NCBI RefSeq assembly: GCF_001194135.2
Contig: NC_068982.1
Location: 133,845,039-133,909,038, forward strand
From: Octopus bimaculoides
Taxonomy: Eukaryota
Reading direction: 5' to 3'
DNA length: 64,000 nucleotides
In this document: one piece after another, positions 53,620 to 64,000 of the stretch
How the letters are laid out: each line of letters opens with the position of its first letter
How positions within the stretch are numbered: position 1 is the first letter of the stretch
Position numbers and translations under genes: made by a program
Notes under the pieces: model-generated
Seen by the model: the letters and a program-made list of their open reading frames with translations, nothing else
The model's database searches: none
What the model was told of the DNA's origin: nothing

Positions 53620-53665
53620 GATACCAGAAGAAGGCTGGAGGGTATATCAGCCGAAACGTTGTCTC
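53620..53665 (+). ncRNA. Minimal type I hammerhead ribozyme motif (decayed)
   Basis: gatac-CAGAAGA-a-GGCTG-gagggtatat-CAGCC-GAAAC-GTT-gtctc. The CUGANGA box has a U-to-A change, stem II is perfect and stem III is the palindrome AACGTT. Confidence 0.55.
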
Positions 53666-54349
53666 AACAACAAATAAGATGAGGACAAATATCCATCGAA
53701 TGTAAATAATTCCTCATCTCTTAAATATAGAACTGTATAGGGAAGGTGCTTATTATTCTTAAACTCTGTCAAATGGGAAATTTCTTTTAAATAATTTTAG
53801 ATTTAAGCTTTGGGACACTTCCCTAAATTGCATGAAACATCAGTTCCTCTTCTGTTCAATCTAGGGTCAATTTAATCCTTTATATTTCTCTCTCATAAAT
53901 TTATGACTTTGTGCTGATATGAAAAATGCACATACACTATGATCATGGAGAGCAAGACATAGACTCTAAGCCAACCTTAACTGTAACTTCCATTTTCGGC
54001 TAAGGCCATTCCACTTCAGTTATGCCACTAATGGCCTTCAGAAAGGTATCATTGCCACAACATTCTATTTACCACCTTCATATAAAAATATACAGGTTTT
54101 TATGTTTAGTCAAAAGAAATGTAAAAACTGCAACAGTGTGCTAACTAACCTCATGTAGGTATTGTATTTTCCATGGATTCAAGGTGTATCTACAGTTTGT
54201 CTTGCAAACTAAATGAAGGTTGTTATGCAACACTTGTTAGTAAGAAAGCAGATAAAACTCTGTCAGGCCCTGCTCAATTTGTAAGAAAAGAGTAGGAGGT
54301 AATTCCATTTGCTGCACCAAATGTTAGCTCTGAACAAATGTAAGTGATG

Positions 54350-55060
54350 CAGTGGAATGGCTGGTAGATCAACAAGTAAGGTCACTTTTGTGTGTGGCGA
54401 TGTGCATGAACAATAAGCACTAAGAGCACACAGGACTTAGACTCTCTCAAATGCTTTGGAGGCTCTCTCGAAGCAGAAGATAGTTTCTGTCACCTAGGTG
54501 ACCAAATTAGCAATGGGGTGGATGTTCTGAAAGTACTGTTTCTCGAATATGAATTGGATGGAGAAAGTTCAGAGAGCTACTACGTTTGTTGGCAACAAAA
54601 GGACTCCCTCACAGAGTGAAAGGTAGCTTGTATATTGCTTGTGTATGAACAGCTATACTCCATGGGCTCTGGGGGCAGAGGACATGTGTAGACCAGAAAG
54701 AAATGAAGGCAGTGTTCTCCGCTGGATGTGCAGCGTCAATGTTCATGAACGACAAAGTGCAAACATGTTGAAAGAAAAGTTGAGCATAAGAGGAATCAAA
54801 TGCAGCATGCAAGAGCGGAGACTACATTGGTTTGGATATGTGATGTGTATGAATGAAGACAGCTGTATAAAGAAGTGCCGGTCACTGAAAGTGGATGGCA
54901 CCTATGGAAAAGGGAGACCCAGGAAGACATGGGATGAAGTGGTGAGGACTGATCTCAGGATGTTGGGGCTCAGAGAGAAAATGATACGGGACTGAAATGT
55001 CTGGCGATATGAAGTTCTAGAGAAGAGCCACCCACGTCTGTGAACCTAAGTTCTAGAAGC
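54350..55060 (+). mobile_element. RTE-clade LINE 3' fragment
   Basis: ORF 54639-54995 contains VLRWMCSV...ERRLHWFGYV...GKGRPRKTWDEVVRTDL, the conserved RTE ORF C-terminus. Upstream is a decayed DSF.HLGD segment. Confidence 0.85.
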
Positions 55061-56182
55061 GTTGTGTCCCACCCACATGTAACAATAAAACTTTCATTCA
55101 CCCTACTCTACAAACCAATCTACATCTCCACCCCTTCCCAAACTATTTCTCTTCTGTTCCTCACATTTCCTCTTCATACACTATGATTAGATTCCATTCC
55201 TCAATCCAGTCCTCACTGTAGCATTGCTTTCCCCATCCCCCCCCCCATATACACAGATTCTCACCAGTCACAGCATCCTCCACCCCACCAGACTCATGAC
55301 ATCTTGGTGATACCTGCTAGTACCTGTCACCGTTCATCTCCCTCTTCCTTACTCTACCATCCCATCTATACCCTGATCCCTGTTCCTTGCAAGTGTACCA
55401 TGGTACTTGATGCCATCCTTCTCCTGCTCTTGCTGTCTCTCTCTTTTCCTTGCATCCAACCATGCCAAAATAGACACAGAAGCATGGCGCAGGCTTCTGC
55501 CTCGCTAGCTCCTGTCAACCCATCTAATCCATGTCAACAAGGAAGGACGTTAAACAATGATGATGATGACGACTGCAACCAACCACCTCATCTAATATCA
55601 GCTGACCTACATTAAAGTTCCATTAATCTTCAAACTCTGAGGCTTCAGTAGAACCAATGTAAGTTACTCTGGAAGGAAAGAGTGTTGTTGGTTTGCAATC
55701 GTCATGGAAACTTCCAGAGTACGTCACAATGCCCAATACTTGAGTGATATCTCTTCAGCCTAATCGCACAAGGCAGAAGTGATGAATAGCTGCAAATACG
55801 CGGTACCTTTTCCAACTTACAACTGGTATTTGTGAAGGTAAAAAAAAAATAATAAAAATTTCACTACAATCACTGCTCTTGAAAACCTCGTAACTGCTCA
55901 GGCTAAACTTGTGTGTTTGTAATGGCTGTTTAACTGTTTACTTGACTAAAGCATTTGTATATGTTTCTCCTTCAGCTACCCCTTGTTTTACACGTACAGA
56001 GTAATGCATAGCTTTCCTTTCATTAGTCCCAAGTTACACTGGTGGTCGAAGATAAATAGAAATGTGTATCTTATATGATGCATGGATACCTGGAAAATAT
56101 ATCTTATGTACACAGGAAAGGAAAAGGGTTAAGAATTATATAACATTACTTACAGATATTATTTATAATCAGTTAATTTTAT

Positions 56183-56219
<37 letters not shown>

Positions 56220-57238
56220 CACGTATGTATATGATATATGAATAATACAAAACCACATTGAAATATAAATAGTAAATAATAGTCATGATTCTTACATAAT
56301 AGAAGTTTCTACAAAAGAAAGACAAAGCTTTAATTGGTCGCACACTACAAGGTTCAACGGAACCTACTGAAGCAAGCCAGCATGCTCATTAGAATTCTGT
56401 TAAATGACTAATATGTCTGAGAGAATAAAAGAGATTAATGGAAGCAGAATAATAATTTTAAAAAAAACGAATCATGTCCCACACCTGAAAAGTATGTCTG
56501 TCTATATCTATATAGACTTTAACGATGTCGAAGACCATGTTTGTTTTGTTTCTCCGTATGTAATACACCTAAAATAATTTCAAGTAAAACAATTTTCTCA
56601 TAAACTTAATAAGTGACAGCATGAAAACTCATATTTAAAAATGATAAAGAAAAAAAAAAAGAAAAAACGTCAGAATTTTATAACTTGTAAGAAAAATTAA
56701 TCTGAAGAATATGTCAGAAATAATTATTGTCAGTTTTGACAGTAGTTGTACACTAGCATTAAAATAATAATGAGATTAATCAGTGCTCGAAAGTGAAGCA
56801 TAAAAACTTATTTCTGAGTATTTCTTCATTCTTTTCACAATACACCAAACGCATTTTAAAGTTGAAACTTTATAGATCACCTTTCATAGGTTTCCACAAT
56901 GGTCGAACTAAAATGGTTTTCGGTGTTCCTTCATTAACTTTTTTACTTCTGTGTCATTTTCATTTCTTCCCAATTACACTCCGAAGCACATGTAAACAAC
57001 TATATAAAACCCTCTTTCCCCCGACAATGTCAGCAATATTTTTTGATCCAAGATCATAAAATAAAACTCGACAATAATCATTAATAACTTATCAACGAAA
57101 TGAAAGAGAATGTTATCTGGAATCATTGACTCTAGAATGATGAAGCCTGTTATGATTTATTTCTGTACGTGAAGTCCTAATAAGCAAATGATAGAATAAC
57201 GGTTAACATGTTGTAGACAATCGTAAAAAAGGTAAAAG

Positions 57239-57586
57239 GGTGATCTTACGGTACGAGTCCTAAACATCGGCCTTTTCCGTAAAAAGTGTCTTCGGCAATC
57301 TTTACCAAAGATCGGTTTTTTCCGTAAAAAGTGTTGGAGAGAAACAGGGAAACGAAAGACATGCAGAGAGCGCGATTTATTTTGAAGGGTTTAGGGTTAG
57401 GGTTTGGCTTAGGGTTAGGGAATGCCGTCCGTAACCCTAACCCTAACCCTGACACTAAAACAATAACCCTAACACCGTAGTGAAGATCGTGCGGGTGTTA
57501 CGGAAAAGGCTGATCTTTGGTAAAGATCGCCGAAGACACTTTTTACGGAAAAGGCCGATATTTAGGACTCGTACCGTAAGATCGCC
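57239..57586. mobile_element. 348-bp palindromic MITE with GG...CC termini, 8-bp TSD and telomere-like core (Merlin-like)
   Basis: Arms of ~89 bp: ggtgatcttacggtacgagtcctaaa... and ...tttaggactcgtaccgtaagatcgcc. Exact 8-bp direct repeat ggtaaaag at 57231-57238 and 57587-57594. The core has TTAGGG repeats facing CCCTAA repeats. Confidence 0.85.
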
Positions 57587-58130
57587 GGTAAAAGTAAGAT
57601 GTCCTAAAAAAAAAATCCGAAAGTGACAACACTGACATTCCAAAATTCCATGAAAAGAATAAAAACTCCCTCATTATGTCACTTACTCCCTCATTATGGC
57701 ACTTACACGTATAATGAATTCTAACGATATGTTATATATTTTACAAATACGCCGTTCGAACATACTTTACCCAACAACGAATATTTAATTTACCGAGAAA
57801 GCAATTAATTCGATGATTTGCATGTCAACATACCAGCAATGTAATAATCCTGCACGGTTAATGGACTGTAGTGAAATAACGGACGAGAAAAGGTGGCATT
57901 GTTTGCTGTGGATTTACTAAGACTATACGAGCCAGGATTAAACTTTGTTTCTTTCTTTCTTCACTGTGAGTTTCAAATAAGAATGTGGGCGTAGAGACCC
58001 ATATCTGCTTTGTATGGTTGCCCGGTCTGCTAGAAATAACAACCACATGTATCTGAAATCATTTCCTTTCTTGATAAATGAAGAACATATTAGATGAAGT
58101 AGTCCCAGACATAGACTTGTAGTAACGTTG

Positions 58131-58158
58131 TGCGCATGCGTAGTCTCACGCATGCGTG
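58131..58158. promoter_or_regulatory. Paired NRF1-like motifs
   Basis: TGCGCATGCGTA (58131-58142) and the perfect palindrome CACGCATGCGTG (58147-58158) lie in a CpG-enriched segment. Confidence 0.4.
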
Positions 58159-60584
58159 GAATTCAACATCCAAGCTTTCTCGCTTTGGTCAATCTCTTTC
58201 TTGCTGGCCAGCGATTGAGCAAGGACGTGTCTAGCTATCTCTCCATCTTTCGAACTCACGCTAGACAGCTCACATCAATATACCAACGTCCCAACAACCA
58301 TGTTCTGACACACCGAAGACGTCTCAACAAACAAGATTAAAGATGTATATTTTCCACCATGAATAAATATTGTTGAGTTGATAGTCTGGAGTTCAGCGTT
58401 CCGTTATAATTCTTAATTTAATATAGGAAAGTCAGGTGTACATCTAATGATGTATAACCCACTTTCCTATAGACTTTTTAAAATGGGATGGTATCGAGAC
58501 AGTGAAAGGCTTTAGANNNNNNNNNNNNNNNNNNNNNNNNNNNNNNNNNNNNNNNNNNNNNNNNNNNNNNNNNNNNNNNNNNNNNNNNNNNNNNNNNNNN
58601 NNNNNNNNNNNNNNNNNNNNNNNNNNNNNNNNNNNNNNNNNNNNNNNNNNNNNNNNNNNNNNNNNNNNNNNNNNNNNNNNNNNNNNNNNNNNNNNNNNNN
58701 NNNNNNNNNNNNNNNNNNNNNNNNNNNNNNNNNNNNNNNNNNNNNNNNNNNNNNNNNNNNNNNNNNNNNNNNNNNNNNNNNNNNNNNNNNNNNNNNNNNN
58801 NNNNNNNNNNNNNNNNNNNNNNNNNNNNNNNNNNNNNNNNNNNNNNNNNNNNNNNNNNNNNNNNNNNNNNNNNNNNNNNNNNNNNNNNNNNNNNNNNNNN
58901 NNNNNNNNNNNNNNNNNNNNNNNNNNNNNNNNNNNNNNNNNNNNNNNNNNNNNNNNNNNNNNNAATCTCTTTCTTGCTGGCCAGCGATTGAGCAAGGACG
59001 TGTCTAGCTATCTCTCCATCTTTCGAACTCACGCTAGACAGCTCACATCAATATACCAACGTCCCAACAACCATGTTCTGACACACCGAAGACGTCTCAA
59101 CAAACAAGATTAAAGATGTATATTTTCCACCATGAATAAATATTGTTGAGTTGATAGTCTGGAGTTCAGCGTTCCGTTATAATTCTTAATTTAATATAGG
59201 AAAGTCAGGTGTACATCTAATGATGTATAACCCACTGTCCTATAGACTTTTTAAAATGGGATGGTATCGAGACAGTGAAAGGCTTTAGATCAGGCATGGG
59301 CAACCTTTTTCGAGACATGACTCATCCCCAGGCGAGCTGCACTAAATAAATTCAAGGTAATTTTTTGTTAGGTGTGCCATTTAGAAAATCCCGTGAGCTG
59401 CAGTTTACCCCTGGCTGCCTCAGATTGATAGGCCTGCTCTGTCAAAGTTGATCTCGGGCTAAACAAAAACAACCCAAACAACTCGTTTTAACTACATCGC
59501 GAAAGATTCATTCTAGCCATTTAATAAAACCACAAACTATTAAATTTAAATCAACTTCATGAAATATTTAAATTTCCGTCGCTCAACTGCGACCTGAACA
59601 CGGACTCAAAGCTGAATTGTGTCACTGCGACGAAAACATTGGCACTTCATTTAAGTGAATTTAACAGTTTTGTGTATTTATCAAAACAACAAACGGAGTA
59701 GGGATGAGTGACAGTCAGAGACGGTAAAGCTGGCGAAAAGCATTCAAAAGGTTTGTTCTGAAATCATTGGTATTTTAATCAAAATAAAACTGCAAATTAT
59801 ATTTAGTTTATCAGTTACACACACACACAAACATACGCACGTGTGTATATATATGTAGTGGATCTTGCACGCATGAAGTGGATTCGATCCACCATAACCA
59901 AATTTAAATTAACACTGCAACAGAACTTTTCCCACGGTGGAACAATGGTTTTTCTCTGACAGCAGTTTTACATTTCCCAGATGCCTTAAAGCGAGGCCGA
60001 AATAATGTCTTCACCACTTAACCCTTTCTAACCTCTTCTACAAAAGCTAGAATAGAGATAACAAGACCACCAACTAAATCTATTGTTCTCAATGATATGT
60101 CTATCCTCCTGGATCGTTATAAAAGCAAGGAAACCCCAAGCAAAAAGGTTAGTTTAGTCACCAGTCAGTGACGACTCAGCAAAAACGAAGTCTGGCTGAC
60201 CAGCTAGAACCTTGGCCAGAGGAAGAAATGAAGTTTACTGTCAGCAACTGTGAGACAACGTCCCACACCCTACAACTCTTAGAAGCTCTAATTTTGTTCT
60301 CTTACAACATATTCTATCGCTATCTGTGGATTACTACAAACAATTTGTATACGCCAAACTATGCAAAGAAACATTCTACCACATCTTTCTTTCGCATGCT
60401 CTCGGATATTATAACCTGCCCGTCGAGGCAAGGTATTGTAATGTAACGGTAAATAAATATTTCCTTAAAACTTCATGCATTGTTCATCTTTCGCATCCTG
60501 CAGCATGTCGTTATAACAACAAAGTTTTATCGTCACAACTGCTGACTTCGACATCGTCATAATATTGTTTACTAATCAATTTCT

Positions 60585-60785
60585 GGTACTACTAAAGCAG
60601 AGTGGTCCCGGACGCGCAGTCGCGCTAGCTAGTTGTGAGTGGTCGATCCTAACCCTATCCCTAACCTTAACCATAAACACATGTATTCATTTGCAAACAC
60701 GCGCGCGCGCACTTTTTGTAGGATCGACTACTCACGACTAGCTAGCGCGGGTGCGCGTTCGGGACCACTCCGCTTTAATAGTACC
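60585..60785. mobile_element. 201-bp palindromic MITE nested at the left end of the composite element
   Basis: Arms of ~67 bp: ggtactactaaagcagagtggtcccggacgcgc...gtcgatccta versus taggatcgac...gcgcgttcgggaccactccgctttaatagtacc. The spacer contains cctaaccctatccctaacc. Confidence 0.8.
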
Positions 60786-61604
60786 TCGGATCTTTGGGGT
60801 TTGACGGGCAACATTTGTTTTCTTAACGAAACACTTTCAAACTTGGGACACTGGTAGAATGTGTCATATAAAACAACTTCTTCTCTTAACCTTCTTAACA
60901 AAATTTTGTACATCGCAAGTTATTTCATGTTAAAGTTGTCGTATTTCTGTAATTTCAACCAATCACTGACGTCTATTCAGCTGAATACAGTTACTGCTGT
61001 TCGGTGTCAAGTGTGTTATTCCCTGTTTAATTATATCATTATTCCCTAGTAAGGGTTTAGGGTTCGGGTTTTAGGGTTATGGTTATGAGTTATAGGGTTA
61101 GAGTTAAGGTTATGGCAAAAATAATCATAACCCTAACCGTAATCCTAAAACTAACCCTAACTCTAAAACCAGAACCCTAAAACCNNNNNNNNNNNNNNNN
61201 NNNNNNNNNNNNNNNNNNNNNNNNNNNNNNNNNNNNNNNNNNNNNNNNNNNNNNNNNNNNNNNNNNNNNNNNNNNNNNNNNNNNNNNNNNTAACCCTATA
61301 ACTCATAACCATAACCCTAAAACCCGAACCCTAAACCCTTACTAGGGAATAATGATATAATTAAACAGGGAATAACACACTTGACACCGAACAGCAGTAA
61401 CTGTATTCAGCTGAATAGACGTCAGTGATTGGTTGAAATTACCGAAATACGACAATTTTTTACATAAAATAACTTCGAATACAAAATTTTTTATCTGTTC
61501 TATACCACAAAATATACAAATATTCGAAGTTTGAAAGTGTTTCGGTACCAAAAACACTACAAAAAAAAAAAATGTTGCACGTCAAACCCCAAAGATCCAG
61601 TACC
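60585..61604. mobile_element. ~1-kb composite palindromic element, GGTAC...GTACC termini, 9-bp TSD, telomere-like core (Merlin-like)
   Basis: Exact 9-bp direct repeat tcaatttct at 60576-60584 and 61605-61613. Long inverted arms span ~60786-61100 and ~61291-61604. The centre holds degenerate TTAGGG/CCCTAA repeats and a gap. A separate 201-bp palindrome occupies the left end. Confidence 0.8.
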
Positions 61605-62111
61605 TCAATTTCTCCCATTACAACTGGTAAACCCTACCGTTACAATTGGTGACCCTCGACAACAATTAAAACAAAACCGTTACACACACACACACACATA
61701 TATATATGGTATATTCTGTTAAAAACGTAGTAGAATACAATATAAAGCTCGTCCGTTCACCTTCAGATTTCACCCTGTGCAATCCAGTAGTAAGTATTAT
61801 ACGTACTTCCAGCTTTGCGTTTGGCCATCAAATTGAAATAGCTACATTTGTTTCCACGCAACATAATTCTCCAGGCATGCAGGGAAACGCTTGCATAATC
61901 AAGTACCTGCACGCCTGGAGAACTACGTTGTGTGGAAACAATTGTAGTGATAGAAATAAATGTCCAACCATACTCCTTCTTGTTGACTCCAAATTATTTC
62001 AATTATATATATAAAATTAAATACTAATCACTTTAGTTTTCAAAATATAATCGTTCACATAACACACATATATATAGATGTAATATGAACGAGCATGTGT
62101 GTGTGTGAGGG

Positions 62112-62325
62112 TGCATGGCTGAATGGTTAAGGTGTTGCACTCACGATCTAGAGATCATGATTTCAGGTCCTAGATCGGATGGTGCGTTGTGTTCATGAGC
62201 AAAACACTTCATCCCACGTTGCTGTACGATCAACTCGACATCTGACGCGTGGTACACAGTGCATCCGTTGAGACAACGTCGATTTGACGGAAAGATTGAG
62301 CTAATGTGCAAACTGTGGTGCGACG
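62112..62325 (+). mobile_element. tRNA-head SINE of a further family
   Basis: Head catggctgaatggttaaggtg...cacgatc...gagcaaaacacttcat is A-box-like. A related copy lies near 6025-6190. Confidence 0.55.
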
Positions 62326-62377
62326 GAGGAAGAAGACAACAAGAAGCAAAAGGACAGAATGAAGCGTTGGACCTTAC

Positions 62378-62525
62378 CTTGCCGACCGCAGCGGGGTACA
62401 CGATCGCTCCTAATCAGAACACGTCTTTCTCGTAACGTCGCTGTTTTCTCACTGGCCCCACGTGCTAGCCTTCGACCGCGTGTCGCCGACTTCCGATCTG
62501 ACCCTTCCGGTTTGGCCCTTCCGGT
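62378..62525 (-). promoter_or_regulatory. Candidate CpG-rich promoter and non-coding first exon
   Basis: Three ETS-like CGGAAG motifs (62488-62525), an E-box CACGTG (62459-62464) and a strong donor CAAG|GTAAGG at 62378/62377 on the minus strand. There is no ATG in the exon. Confidence 0.4.
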
Positions 62526-63012
62526 CTGGCTACACCTCTGTNNNNNNNNNNNNNNNNNNNNNNNNNNNNNNNNNNNNNNNNNNNNNNNNNNNNNNNNNNN
62601 NNNNNNNNNNNNNNNNNNNNNNNNNNNNNNNNNNNNNNNNNNNNNNNNNNNNNNNNNNNNNNNNNNNNNNNNNNNNNNNNNNNNNNNNNNNNNNNNNNNN
62701 NNNNNNNNNNNNNNNNNNNNNNNNNNNNNNNNNNNNNNNNNNNNNNNNNNNNNNNNNNNNNNNNNNNNNNNNNNNNNNNNNNNNNNNNNNNNNNNNNNNN
62801 NNNNNNNNNNNNNNNNNNNNNNNNNNNNNNNNNNNNNNNNNNNNNNNNNNNNNNNNNNNNNNNNNNNNNNNNNNNNNNNNNNNNNNNNNNNNNNNNNNNN
62901 NNNNNNNNNNNNNNNNNNNNNNNNNNNNNNNNNNNNNNNNNNNNNNNNNNNNNNNNNNNNNNNNNNNNNNNNNNNNNNNNNNNNNNNNNNNNNNNNNNNN
63001 NNNNNNNNNNNN

Positions 63013-63080
63013 GAGTTAGGGTTAGGATTAGGGTTACGCCGAAAACAGGTGCGTATTCTTTATCGCCGCCATATATATCC
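63013..63080. repeat. Right end of a probable third telomere-core element
   Basis: TTAGGG-like repeats at the gap edge are followed by a 45-bp CpG-rich segment ending ...tatatatcc. The left half would lie in the gap, so no TIR or TSD can be verified. Confidence 0.4.
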
Positions 63081-63402
63081 AGTTGGATGGCGAAAAAAAG
63101 TGTGGAAGGGAAGGAAAGTGTTTGAAGAGGCCAGGATAACGCAAGCAAGACTCAAAAGATATTTAAGGAAGAATGTAAAGATCGAGAAGATGAATGACAA
63201 GGACCTTTTTGTGTGCACAGTCTGTGACAGACCAAGCTTGTCTTTGGCTGGCCTCAAATCTCACCTGCGAACCCATGGAAAGCAAACTTCAACCAACTAT
63301 TCTGATTATATATCTGTGCACACGTTTGAATGTGGTGTATGCCAGAAGGCTTGCAAATCCAATGGGGGTCTTAAAAGACATGTTAGGATCCACAATGAGT
63401 AG
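63081..63402 (+). mobile_element. RTE-BovB-like LINE ORF C-terminus with two C2H2 zinc fingers
   Basis: Reads GWRKKVWKGRKVFEEARITQARLKRYLRK...FVCTVCDRPSLSLAGLKSHLRTH...FECGVCQKACKSNGGLKRHVRIHNE*. The WR..V..G...FE..R...KR..RK motif followed by C2H2 is typical of BovB-type RTE ends. An exon of a host zinc-finger gene is a less likely alternative. Confidence 0.7.
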
Positions 63403-64000
63403 AACTTACCTGCAGGTATTGGTAGTTCAAATCAGAGGTGCAATCTGTGTATTGCGATTCTTTCAGTCAAGAAATTTGGAATTGTGTAAATGTATGAATT
63501 TTAAACACACACACACACACACAGAAAATCTGCCTTTTATAGATAAGATATATATGTGTTGTACATATATTTACAAGACTGCTGACATTTATCAATGGTT
63601 TCTCCCATTGTGTTAATGCGCCATTTTCTATCATTAATAAAACTGTCGGCATTTTTGACGACACGGGTATGCTAGTAGTAATAAACGATATGATAGTAAC
63701 GAAGATCAATGAACGTATGTTCAAGCCTTCAGGTTTAAATTGAGTCTGCTTTCATTAAAAAAGTTCCTCTACCCTTTATTGTAACTATAGTTCATATTTT
63801 CAGATAACAGTGTTAAGTGGCAGTACCTTTAGAGATTCTTAGAGGAGAAAAACAATAAAATTATCTCATTTTAAACCATTTAATTTTTTTTTTTTGTCCG
63901 TGAGAATAGAATAAAAATACTTGAGCAAAGTAAATAGGAAAAATATTTGATTTAAATTATCTTACAATGTCTTCTAATTTAATAAATACGCATGTTAGTG

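Larger units (their letters stand above)
53401..53738. mobile_element. Penelope-like pseudo-LTR insertion in inverted arrangement
   Basis: Arms of ~137 bp (53403-53540 and 53573-53710) surround a (GTT/ATT)n spacer. Direct repeat agggaaggt at 53392-53400 and 53739-53747. Each arm carries a C(T/A)GAAGA...GAAAC hammerhead-like core, as in Penelope pLTRs. Confidence 0.75.

Noticed and set aside
58191-59289. 326-bp direct duplication (58191-58516 and 58964-59289) on either side of a gap, with one mismatch (58464/59237)
   Set aside because: Both copies abut the same gap. This is most simply an unmerged allelic overlap in the assembly, not a real tandem duplication.
59291-59436. hAT-like left terminus caggcatgggcaac
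   Set aside because: No matching right TIR or TSD could be identified.
61050-61335. Possible true telomere or chromosome-fusion site
   Set aside because: The repeats are short and degenerate, and sit inside TSD-bounded inverted arms. A transposon core explains them better.
1-64000. CRISPR arrays, rRNA or bona fide tRNA genes
   Set aside because: None was seen. The tRNA-like A/B boxes belong to SINE heads.

Overview
AT-rich, microsatellite-dense animal genomic DNA with seven assembly gaps. The SINE and RTE repeat families suggest an octopus/cephalopod source (inference). Two protein-coding genes lie convergently. The first is the last coding exon of an NR1-type nuclear receptor (+, 1563-1804). 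The second is a divergent Na+/K+-ATPase beta-subunit-like gene on the minus strand, for which five in-phase exons were reconstructed (46816-35800); its N-terminal exon was not found. The rest is mostly repeats: many tRNA-type SINEs, RTE LINE fragments, a decayed mariner, an RLE-type LINE fragment and a BovB-like 3' end with two C2H2 fingers. The most unusual structures are (i) palindromic GG...CC elements with 8-9 bp target-site duplications and head-to-head TTAGGG/CCCTAA-like cores (Merlin-like MITEs, one apparently composite), clustered in a CpG-rich 57-63 kb segment, and (ii) an inverted Penelope-like repeat carrying two minimal hammerhead-ribozyme motifs.
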